In this document: one piece after another, positions 19,869-31,636 of the stretch | Layout: every line of letters starts with the position of its first letter | How positions within the stretch are numbered: position 1 is the first letter of the stretch | Assembly (NCBI GenBank): GCA_964247055.1 | Contig: OZ176050.1 | Coordinates: forward strand, 5,890,001-5,954,000 | Origin: Paragordius varius | Lineage: Eukaryota > Animalia > Nematomorpha | Length of the DNA: 64,000 bases | Reading direction: 5' to 3' | Made by a program: the position numbers and the translations under genes | Notes under the pieces: model-generated | Seen by the model: the letters and a program-made list of their open reading frames with translations, nothing else | What the model was told of the DNA's origin: nothing | The model's database searches: none

Positions 19869-22800
19869 TCAATTGAGATCTATTAATCGCATATTGCTTT
19901 GTTTGAGATCTGAAAGAGAACCCTCTACCAAACAACTGAGTTCTTGGAAATGAATTAGCAATCTATTCCACAAGGGTTGTGTTGCTAACACCTCCCCATT
20001 CCCAATTATGATTAACCCAAACCTTAGATTTTGTGAAAATAATAAAACAATGCAAAAGTTTATTTAATAAATGATATCAGGTTTATAAGTTTCCCTATTT
20101 AAATGATAACATTAAATATTTAACAAATAATTTAATTTACTTTGCCCGCGTTAATGATACATTTAAACGGCGTGGATCGCTCAAAAATCCGATTTCGCAT
20201 TTTTCATTTGATCTGACACACGACAATATTATGTAATCCTTTTCTCGTCCTTGAAACGTGTCCACATTAGCAATTTCTATGCCCTTTAAACGTATGATAG
20301 AGAGCGAATCACATATGATATAATACATTTACGCAATTAGTATCAGTATAATGATATTAATATACTTGATAAAGTTTGGTCCCCTTTTTACTACGGATAT
20401 GATTGACAATGTATTCGCGCTGCCCTTCATAAGGCGTAATGACCCCAATTTGATCGGGTTTAATACCAGATGATAGAAGTTTAGTGATGGCTTCTTCCAC
20501 ATTTTTCGCCTCAATCTGGTTCATAAAGGTCGTAGCATGACGTTTCTTTTCTTGTCCATTTGTTGTGAGGAATATCATGGGACATTTTGGGTTAGGCCAC
20601 AGGGATTGGACAGATTCTTGCTTTCTATCATCTTAAAAATATTAATTTTCTTGATTAACAAACAAAGAAACAATATAAAAATACACCTAATTTAAACCAA
20701 TCTTTACAGGTAATTCAGTTTACCTTCCAACACCCCATTGTTAAGCATGCCTTTGTAAAACTCATTTGAAGGAAATAAAGCTAGACTAGGATGCATTCGA
20801 TATTGCACATCAAGACAGGTAGGTAGTTTTCCTAAACGCAACAATCTTTCAAACAAGGGTAAATTTAATCCTGATTTACTACTTCGGGGGCACATAACCA
20901 CAGGTCCCAGTTGGCATTGATCACCAACCAAAATAACCTAGAACGCAGTTAAAAACGCATTATATCATTGAGTAAGACAAAAAATGATGATAAAGTGGTG
21001 TCCCCACTTGTTTTATGTCAGAAAAATTTGCGATGGGGATAAGCGTTTCGGGCTCAGTGGCTTGTGTTGCTTCATCGATTATCAATGCATCTATTTTCTG
21101 TTCTTTAAACATGTAACTACCGGCCCCAATACACGTGGTACAAATAACATTAGCACCTTCTAGAACTTTCTGTTCATAGTTGTGTAGTAAAGCAATGTAT
21201 ATTCGATTTTGTTCGGAGGTTAAACAGTCACCGTTTATTTTCATGCGGTGTAGTTCCTTTGAATAAAAAAACATTATTTTTTAAGTAATAAATCAATTCT
21301 AATGTACCAATTTCTTAATCGATCATAGTTCGTATATAGCTGTTTAAAGCATATAGATGTGCTAAACATATTTGGATTTAATATTGCACATAGTTTGAAA
21401 ATTATTTTATTAGCCTACCATCGCAATTAGAAGTCATAGTACTTCCTATCGAGCAATAAATGGCTGCATGAAACGAAATTTTTAAGATTCGGATTTAATT
21501 TTATTTTAAAAGTGTAAAAGCAAATTACATATTACATGTTGGTTAATTTAGATTGTATGTTTACGTTAAATTTTTGGAAAAACTGCCAATAAAAGACCCA
21601 GCATGTTTATGGTAATAGTGCATAAAGTAAATAAATGTGATGCTCTTAATAATTGTGGTATGTAATATACCTTAAACAAATCGTTACTAATTTGGTTGAC
21701 TAAAATGTGAAGCGATATGGAGGAGAGAGGCGATTCCAAAGTCTGTCTATTCCTGGACATAACCCTAACAACGTTTAAACCTAAATCTTTGATCTTTAAA
21801 GCCAAATTATCAACTGCATTGTTACTGGCACCACAAACCAATACGCGTTTCTGCATTTTTACCAGGTAATACACAATAGTGGCTGACGTGACTGTTTTTC
21901 CAGTTCCTGGTGGTCCCTGTACAATAAATACATTTTTAAGCAAAGTTTACTTGCCTGAATAAATAAAACCTATATATTTATAAAAATGAAAAATGCTGGC
22001 TTTGTGATCTGTTTCCGGAAAATCGGTAGACCCATTCAAATCCAAATATCGAAAAAATTAATCATTAATGAATGCCCCGACAATAGCTTCGCCTTTTTGG
22101 GCCCCTAGTTCTGGCCTACCCCGTTTAAAAAACGGGTTTTTTGAAAACAAAAGTCCACAAAAATCGAATCTTTGAGACAATTTTCCGGAAAACGTGTTGG
22201 ACCATTCGATTTTAAATATGATTTTTTACTTATTTTCGATTGCGCCGAACATAGTCGGCCCGCTTTTTTAATTTAGGCCCTCTTTTTACCCGCTCCCCCC
22301 GTAAAAAGCCATTTTTTCAAAAAAATTAAGTCCGCAACAATAATTTTTTGAATCTATTTTTCGCCCAAGGTATGAGACCGTAAAAATTCAATTAGGATTC
22401 CAGATATTCCCTGTTAAAAGGCAAAAATTTTAGTCAAGCGTTTCTTTGATGATAGCTGCTGGGTAAGGAGCTACCTGCGAAAAACTGACCCGTCTTATCC
22501 AGGACAATGAGTTTAATAGCTGCTTAAAACATTACCCGTAACAAGGCAAATATTGAGATCATGCGGTTTTTTAAAATTAGCCATTAATTATGCCCTTCCC
22601 GCCCTGAAAAATGCGCCACCATAGAATAATTTTTTAATTTTGAGGCAACTTTACCGAAAACTAAAGGGAGCATATGGAATTAATCATGATTCCACGTATT
22701 CTCCGTAAAAAGGCAAAATTTTAATCAAGCGCCTTTTTTGTATCAGCCTCTGGGTAGGGAGCTACCCGTCTACAACTGCGCCACCATAACAAAATTGCGT

Positions 22801-25800
22801 TGTTTAGGAGATAATTTTCAGAAAATTTATCAGGCCATATAAGTTATTATAAGGCCCTAGAATATTACCCATAAAAAGGCAAAAATTTAAGTAAAGCGGT
22901 TTTAAATTAGCGGTTAAATAGGCTCTAGGTAGGGGGCTACCCGCGTAAAAATACGTGACTATATCGGTACAGCATGCCTTTGGAGCCAAATTTCAGAAAA
23001 CTTATGAGACTATGTGAGTTCAATAAGGGCTTAAAATTTTTTAATATAGGGGATTATTTCAATGAGTCGCTAAGAAAAGTTTTACCCCCTTAAAAATCGC
23101 ACCATAGAACAATTTTTTGGTTTTGAAGCAATATTTCCAAGAAAACATATGGACATTATAATTCCAGATAATCCCCATATAAATACAAAAATTTTGCCCG
23201 ACGCTTTTTTATGCCTGCCTCTGGGTAAGAAGCTACCCGCCAAAAACTGTGCCACTATATAGAAATTGCGTTGTTTTGGAGCTAATTTACAGAAAATTTA
23301 TAAGATATGAGCCCATTAAAAGCTTGAAAAATTACCCGGTAAAAATAAGGTCGGGCGATTTTCATAGCCGTTTATTTGGGGCCTTTATGTCCTAAAAATA
23401 CACCATCATATAACGATTATTTACTGTTGAGGTATTTTTTCGAATAACCCATGAGACGATGGTCTCAAAGATAATTCCAAATATTTTCCCTATAAAGGCA
23501 AAAAATTCTAGCGCTTTTTCGATATAGGCCTATCGGTAGGGGTCTACCGGTTTAAAACTGAGATGCCATACAAAAATGGCATGGCTTTGGAGCTAATTTT
23601 CAAAAAATTTAAAGCCATACGAGTTTAATAAAGGCTTTAAATATTACCCATAAAAAGGTAAAAATTATAGTATAGCGGTTTTTCCCGTTAGCCGCCAATT
23701 TGGGGCCTTTACACCAGTAAACAATATATTAGTATGAATGCACCGTTTTGAAAATCTTATGAGTTCATAGCTATTAAATGTTTCGAAATAATCCACATAT
23801 GTGGATTATTTTTTGTCCCTTTTTTCAAATAGCCCCCCCCCCCCCCCCCCCCCAGAAGTCCAAAGGACATCCTCGGGTCGCGTAGCAGCACGAGATTTAC
23901 GCTAGTAATATAATAGATATGTTTTTTGTTAGGGTTATTCGAAACAAGAAACATACATTTAACAAAATGTTTAAAACCAATTTATCGATAGATTGATGGA
24001 TAAAAATAACCACATTATAAAAGGGCAAAAATGTTAAATTAAATGTGAACAAGATACATTTTAGCGAGCATCAATTTTAAAAAATAATTTATCTAATATA
24101 ATAATATCGGTTATCAAAATTTGTTTCAAATAGTGTACCTGAAACTTTTTGATTAAAACTTGAATAATGTTTTAAACTATATGGAATTTGGAATCGAATT
24201 GGATAATATGATATTTAAATAAATCTATTAATTAAAACATATTTATATTATATAATACGACGGATAAGGTATATAAATATGATATCTCGATTAGCCAACT
24301 ACTACCCTACCTGGATTAGGGTAAATGGCTGTTTAATTGCCTTCATAACAGCATTGTGTTGAGATTCGTTTAAATTTGGTAAAAGAGAATTGGTGATTTT
24401 TTTAACCGGTATAGTGGTAACCCTTCCCCCGCCGGAACAATTGCCAATTATGTGTTGAAAGATGTCGTTGCACATGACAAAACGTGAGAGACCCTTTAGT
24501 GCTGCTTTCATTCTAGATTCAAGTTTATGGAATATAAATAATATATGTTTTGTGTATCTAATTAATCATGAAAAATATAAATTAACAACCAAGTTAAAAA
24601 AAATCATAAAGCATAGCGAAGCATAATTAGGCACGAACGTATAATGAATTTTTAAACATACATTTTTTGTGCAACGGTTTATATTTTAAATAAAATATTA
24701 ATAAAATTATGTTAGCCGAAATAGTTGTATATGTTAAAAAAAATATTTCCCACTTTTATATATATCCGGGATTGAGACAGCTTCCAAATCTAAAAAAACG
24801 CTTATTATTTAAATGAATAATTAACAAAATTTGCTGCACATTATAATTAAGGCATAAAATATAATTAACATGTTCGTTTAATTAGCGGTTTATTAAAAAT
24901 CCAAGACGGCCAAAAGTTCGAAAGAATTTATTGACATTTATATTGATAATATTGGATAATGTGCTTTAACGCTAAAGGCTATTTTAACTTGGCCTTATAA
25001 CATATCTAGTATCTGTGATATAATATCGCTTTGGGGTATAACAACCACCAAATGATTATAAAGTGATAAATCAATTCTGAAAATGTTTGATTGAACACAC
25101 TATGTTTTTAGAGACGAATTAGGTATTAATTACATCGTGTCTCCACCTTTTTAAGCAACTCTGGAAATTAAAAAATGATATCGGACAAAATTTCAGAGAA
25201 AATATTACATGGTAATAAAAGAACAAGTATATTTTTAAATAAATTACATTCCATACAGTAGCAAAAAATAAAACCATGATCGGATTATGAAACTGTATAC
25301 TTTCAAACAAAAGACTTTAGTTAAATTTACACTAAATCATTTTAAGTCTTCCTAAAACCGTGACTTATTGTTACTTGTAACAATTTAAGACATATACTGT
25401 GAGATATAATAAACCCATCGCTTAATATTACCTATCATGTGATGTAGAATTCCATTCAAATTGTACAGTAAATCCAGAAATAGGATATATTGGCGGAATG
25501 AATTTTTGAACAAACCCCAAAAAATCAACAACCATTTCTCCTTTAGAATTAGGCAACTCTACTATTTTTCCTTGAAACTTGACTTCTTTCGATGACCATA
25601 ATTTCTTTTTATTGTGTTTATCTAATAAAATATACTATTGGACACAAAAAACTGTGAATTTTCAATATTAAACTATTTTGCCGATAAATTTCTATTTTTA
25701 ACAAAACGGACAGCATTTAAGCTAGTTAGTCACATATTATAATGTGGGAACGGATCATTTTTAAAAAACGCAAAATTAAATGCACTACCGTTTATTAAAA

Positions 25801-28800
25801 ATATTTATAAAATTATTAAACATTTAATTTTCAATATTTAACATCAGGGGTTAACAAAAGATGTGGTTGTTTTAATATCTAGTAGATAATTGTATTTTCA
25901 AAGATTTAAAGAAGCAATAACAATATATTATCGGTAGTTAGATCGTTAGATATAAGATAAAATGGCAATATAAATTCATTCTAAAACACAAAAAATGTTT
26001 GTACTTGTATTGGGTAAAAAGCCCATGGATAAAGTATTGGAGATATTCATTATATCGCCTTCCATTAATTTCAATTCTATATTGATAATGTGAAAATATA
26101 TTTTGCACACCATACTGCCCTCTCATAAACTTTAAGAACCAAACTAATATATATATATATAACAAACTAAGAAAGTTTTTAAAAAGTTTTTCAACCCATC
26201 AGAACGGACCGGTTAAATTTTAAACAAAATAATTGTCTACGTTTAAACCAGGGATGTCCAACACAATTGGCTTCATGAACCGCATTTTCGGATCAAAAAA
26301 TCGGGGGGGGGGGGGGGGGGGGGGCGTATTCCCAAAATATATGGGCATTAACGAATATTTTATTAGAAGTCAAACCTAAGACTGTAAAAACTACTATTTA
26401 TTTTAGCATTTTTTGGCAGTTCATTGTCAGTAAAAGATATATCCAGAAAATTTGTTAAAGAAAATCAATCTTACTTAGATTTCGTAAAATTTTGCATTTG
26501 AAATTTCTCGCAGCAGAAATATTTTGGAGGGCCGCGTGTTGGCCACCCCTGGTTTGACATAATAATATAATGGCTAAAAAATAAGTATAAAAAATTCATT
26601 AAATGTGCATTTGGATTTAAACGCTTGTAGATATACATAAAAAATGGTAAATACTTGATATAGTTTTGGGAAAAATGATGGTAAACCTTTTGTGCGTTGT
26701 CCATATTATAGTTATGTTTGTGAAAATTGGTGTCTCTATCGCCTTTTTATTATAATCAGCATCCCATCTAATAGGGTTGATTAAAAAGTAAAAAAAGTTG
26801 TACTCTAAGAAATTATTAAATGTTTAAATATACAATGTATAACTAAATAAAGTTTTAAACATAAATACATCAAGAAATTAAAATATACCGAAACATATAT
26901 TTTGAAAAGATATTTTTTTAAATCTCACACCCAAAGATAACAATTGAGTAAAATATGATTGAGTGATACCATCATTTTTTTACTTTGCAACATAAAACGC
27001 TATTTTTTATTTAAAAAACCAAGATTAAAAAAAAGAATGTTTTTTTCAAAAAAACATTGGTCTTTTAGTTTTTACGTTTTATCTTTATAATTTCAGTTTT
27101 ACTGTATTTTATTTTGCCCAGAATTAAATTTGGATATTATTGGGTTGGAATTGGTTGAAAAAATTACAGATACCCTTTAATCAGTGACATCTAACGTGAA
27201 AGTCGTAAAAGGGAATGCGTAAAAAAATACATTTTCTTTTTACATATGCTGGAATTATTTGATTTCACAATAGAAAATTACCTTTTTAAAACCATTTAAA
27301 GGAAGAAGAACCCAAAAATAATTTAAATTATGACATAGTGGCTATCGATTTTGAGGGGGCGTAACAAAAGAATGAAATTACAAAAATTAAAATCATAGAG
27401 AATGTCGTTATTGACCGATGCTGAAATATTGACAATGCGAATAAATGTGTTTATTAAACCCAAAAAAGATATTAACTATATTTTTCGAATCCATATAATC
27501 GGGTTAATTAAAAAAAACGGCCATTCTTTAAAATAAATTATAATTAGTAAAAAGTCCAAACTCGATAAGTTGTAAAAATTTATCAGTGTATTCCTTTTCA
27601 TTTTCGTATCTTATTTTGCTTTTGAATTGCGCTTGATCTCTAACTGCCTGTTTTTTTCTCTCAATAATTTCATTCTAAAGAAATGTATATGTAAATTTTT
27701 ATCGTACATTCATTATTTAGAGTTAATATTATAAATATTAAGGGAATACTTTCAATAACTTTTCAATTTCTGTCATTTTTTGAGCCGTGACAAGTCTCAG
27801 GGGCGGTATTTTACAAAATTTCGGATGTATGCCTCCCTTAGAAATCAATGATTCCCATTTTTTACGATCCCTATAAGAAAAATTGTATTATCAAATAAAA
27901 TAAACCATTTTTTATCCCATTTGCAATTTTCAGGCGCTGGTTTGCATACGACAGGGTAAATATTTTTGCAATTGTAGGGTAAAAATCCTAACTCAAAAAC
28001 ATTTTTTGATGCACAGTTGCAACATTTTAACGGTATAATCGCTTTACTGCCCGATATCCCTACAGAGACATGATTGGCCCGTACTAAGTGATTGATGATA
28101 TGGCTAAAAGGATACATACGTTGATACATTATAAAAATTCCATGTTTAAAAGTGACTTAATTTCAAATAATATTTTAGTTTTATTAAAAAAAAGTTTCAC
28201 AAACATGGTGAAAATCGCATATTTGTAATATAGATTTTTAATTTATGCAACACAATAATAAGTTATGATTTTTTTCAAATTACAGATTATAGATATGCTT
28301 AACTAACGTGTACAAAACAAATAATTCATAATCAAAATAATTGTTAATTTAATTTTAATTTAAAAATTAAACCTTGTAGTTCCGCCCCCATTACAAAACC
28401 ATTTCTCACATACCGTACAAAATACAAGGGAATCCCGATCGTCTATAAGACAATAACTATGCAGTGTGAGTAAAAATATATTGGTAATTTTTCATTTAGC
28501 ATTTACAGTTCAATAAATCGAAATAAGCCAATTCACAAAATCAATTATATATTTAAATAATAAAATCATGTAACATTTTAGAAAATTTCACAAGCGATTT
28601 TTGCTGGCAAGAAGTTTAGATGATCCTTATTAGTCTTTTTTGAAAAGGATTTTTGAGGCACAAAAATAAATGGAAACCATATTTTATAATAAGATTCACA
28701 GTCAGGATTGTTTTTTATTAAATTCCATGTTGGTCTCTGGAAAACTAACTTAAAATGTTAAATATTTTAGAAAACAGATTTGCAAATCATATACGCCAGT

Positions 28801-29303
28801 TCGGAGATATATAAAATGCAATTATAATTGAAATATTTAAGCAATTAAAAGATTATAATTTTAGGCGAGATATGACTTGTAAAAATAGGTAGAATAACTC
28901 TTTTCCTCTTGTTAATTACTGAATATATAAAATCAAAAAATGGCTGGCAAAAACTTAAAACGGATTCACAATAAAATCTTTATCATAAAGGTCATAGGAA
29001 CTCATATTATCATAGTTTTCATAAAGAATACTAATCTAATCAAACGAAAATATTGGGTGCAAAACTAAAAATATTTAAAAAATTAATTAAATATATTCGT
29101 ATAAAATCTAATAAATATAATTTTTAACAATTTTTTCGGGTAATAATTGAAAATATTCTATACCTGCATTTAGATGTTTCGGCAGCAGATTTATCCAACT
29201 TCAATTTTCGAAAAGCATTTGTTAGAGATTCGTCTTCATTTAATTTGGTATTTTCAATATCATCATTTAATTTATTGTTCGTATTCATGATTGCTCCCAT
29301 CAT
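19869..29303 (-). CDS. UPF1-like: Divergent UPF1 paralog (SF1B helicase with CH zinc domain), ~834 aa. Exons 29303-29164, 28456-28373, 28103-27906, 27870-27750, 27674-27562, 26767-26655, 26076-26005, 25621-25432, 24512-24311, 21916-21671, 21256-21008, 20937-20724, 20631-20366, 20283-20141, 20022-19869.
   Basis: All 14 introns are GT-AG with consistent phases, giving 2505 nt with no internal stop by hand. Motifs: CSYC...CTVCEKWFC...[12 protein letters not shown] (CH domain), [53 protein letters not shown]. Confidence 0.9.
21969..23905 (+). mobile_element. Non-autonomous Helitron (family A), full length, in intron 9 of the UPF1 paralog
   Basis: 5' (T>C)CTATATATTTATAAAAATG; degenerate internal subrepeats; 3' poly-C, hairpin region, then CTAG followed by T at 23902-23906. 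Confidence 0.8.
26249..26551. mobile_element. hAT (Buster-type) MITE with internal poly-G, in intron 6 of the UPF1 paralog
   Basis: Ends CAGGGATGTCCAACAC / GTGTTGGCCACCCCTG; flanks gtttaaac / gtttgaca resemble a decayed 8-bp TSD. Related copies at 36988 and 61286. Confidence 0.7.
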
Positions 29304-31636
29304 TTATGATATAAAAATTAGTTTTAGGGCAAAAAATTGTTAAAAATATGAATTTAAAAAAAATATGTATGAAAAAGTTAAAAAAATAGTTTATGGGATC
29401 AAATGCTCTCTTCTATTATTATACAACATAAAGTATTATAATTTAACACTACAAACATGTTGTGAAAAAAACACCATTACCTATCAAAAAGTGAAAGAAA
29501 CAATTAATATTTCTTGTAGCACAATACAAACAAGTAATCCGCACTAAACCAAAATAAAAAAGTGTATGCAAAACCCAAAGAAATAAACTAATATTTGTTG
29601 TTAAATCATATTTACATCTCGAATTTTAAAAACTCCAAGAATCTTGGAATGTAGTCCTTAAATACAGTTTTTGAAGACATTTTACAAACCTTTCGAAGGC
29701 GCAAAATTATCTTTTACCTATTAAAAACGGTTTTCAAAGTTCTTAACAATATTAGAGAGTCCATAGACGATTTATAATATTTTAGAATATAAAATTGGGA
29801 ATCGATAAATCTAAAATTAGTTTTATTTCCTTTTATTACAAAATAGGTTCCGAAAATCATACTCTTCTATCACAATGTAAAACCCAATAACTTTTAGAAG
29901 GCAAACTCTATTAAAAAATCGGTAAACGGATTCTATATTAATTTTATATGAAAAAGGGGTAGAAAAGATCTTTTACACTTTTTTAAACGCGTAAGCGACT
30001 TTATTTTAATAACGTTTCAATACCTTTTAAAAAACCTTTTTAACTAGTCCACAAAGAAAATTCTAATATGTTCTTGTTTTAAACCAAAAATTAACGCTGA
30101 ACAGAAATGTAGGGACAATTTATATTAAGTATGAGTAAGTATACATTGCTAAAAAGTTATTAATTTATTGCTCAATTGCATATAAAACAAAGGGAAATAT
30201 TATTGGCTTATAGTTATTTTTTGCTTTTTACTATTATTAGCCAATAATAATTTTCTTTGCTTCATATGCTATTTGACAATAATTAATAACTTTCTAGCGA
30301 TATATACTCACTCCAGCTTTTAATATTTAGATACAATCAATTTAATAATATAAGATATACAATAAAGTTTCATCCATCATTAAATAAACAAAATTAATAT
30401 TAAATCAAAAAATATAGGAAAAAAATGTTAAATTTCAACCATCAGTTGTTTCTGACTTATACGCTACTGTAAATATTAATCCAGGATCGGCTGTGATATC
30501 ATTATCTATTTTACTACTTTGCTTTCTAACATAAATGCATTTTTGACCCAAAACGTAGGTTTCGTAAATATATCATATATAAAATGATGGTTGTGTACTA
30601 AATTTTTACAAGATAAAACATAAGGAACCATAACTTTACAATTACTTACCATCCAAGTTATTTTATATTCTGTTTGTTGTTTTATCAATCCTGGATTTAT
30701 ACAGTCATGTATACTTTATTTTATCAAAAAATTACTTTTGTTTCGCTAAATGGGTATAAATATTTGGTAAAGAATAGAAAATCAAGATCTCTATTTTATT
30801 AACCATATCATATTCATTACAAGAGTAAAAGAAAAGAAGTGTGGGGGAAGGGGGTAGAAATCTTTGGTAAAAAATGAAAATACAATAACAACTAACCCTT
30901 CACTTAATATTATTGTATAAAAGGGTTGGGAAAATCTTAATTTTTATCTCAATTATATTTTTTTTGTTTTTATATGGGAACGATTTTAAAAGGGATATTC
31001 ACGATAGATGCTATCTATATTAAATAATCAATTTGATCCAATTTCGTTAGGATGTAACCCTGGTATTGCGGGTATTTTTTTGTTTTATAATGTTAGATTC
31101 AGAATATGTTGACGCTGGTATAAGACAGACACAAACTATTGTGACTGGCAACGATGGTTTTTTTTCATTTAGACTTTAGGTGTTAATGAGATCGACGGAA
31201 ATAAATTGATAGTAGAGACTTGTACTGGTGTCCTTGATGGTTTTTTTCCTTTATAATGTTAGATTCGGATTATATTGACGAAGATATAAGACCCACACAA
31301 AATATTGTGCCTGGCAACGATGGTTTTTTTATTTAGACTTAGGTGTTAATGAAATCGGGAATGAAAATATGACAAATTCATTAAACGGTAGAGGAAAAAG
31401 GAAAAGTACCGTTTATGTTAATTTTATAATATAATTTTTGGTCAGGTGAAAAAAAGTCTAAGACCTACAAAATTTTCGGGAATCCCAGAAATCATGAAAT
31501 ATCTTCTCGTCATTTTGTAGATGATTTAAACATGTCTATAAGTTCCATAAATGCTATGAGACGATGCATGGCTCTGGGAATAGAGAAAGAGCCATTGAAA
31601 AAGGGTAAGAAAACGAAATGCAATGAAGGTCTAGTC

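Noticed and set aside
23757-23954. Poly-glycine ORF
   Set aside because: Artefact of the Helitron C-run read on the minus strand.
20141-24512. Second helicase being SETX, IGHMBP2, MOV10 or ZNFX1
   Set aside because: It has the UPF1-specific CH domain ([10 protein letters not shown]), the 1B motif (STSHDR), the shared 1B insert junction and 14 shared introns.
19869-29303. Second UPF1 as a pseudogene, retrocopy or assembly/haplotype artefact
   Set aside because: Frame is open across 15 exons, introns are retained, and protein and intron sequences are far too diverged from the canonical copy to be allelic.
29365-30554. Small secreted or GPI-anchored gene divergent from the paralog (ORF 29365-29547; NPGSAVISLSILLLCFLT-stop near 30418-30533; alternative frame needing a 16-nt intron)
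   Set aside because: Several mutually exclusive frames, no consistent exon chain and no homology.
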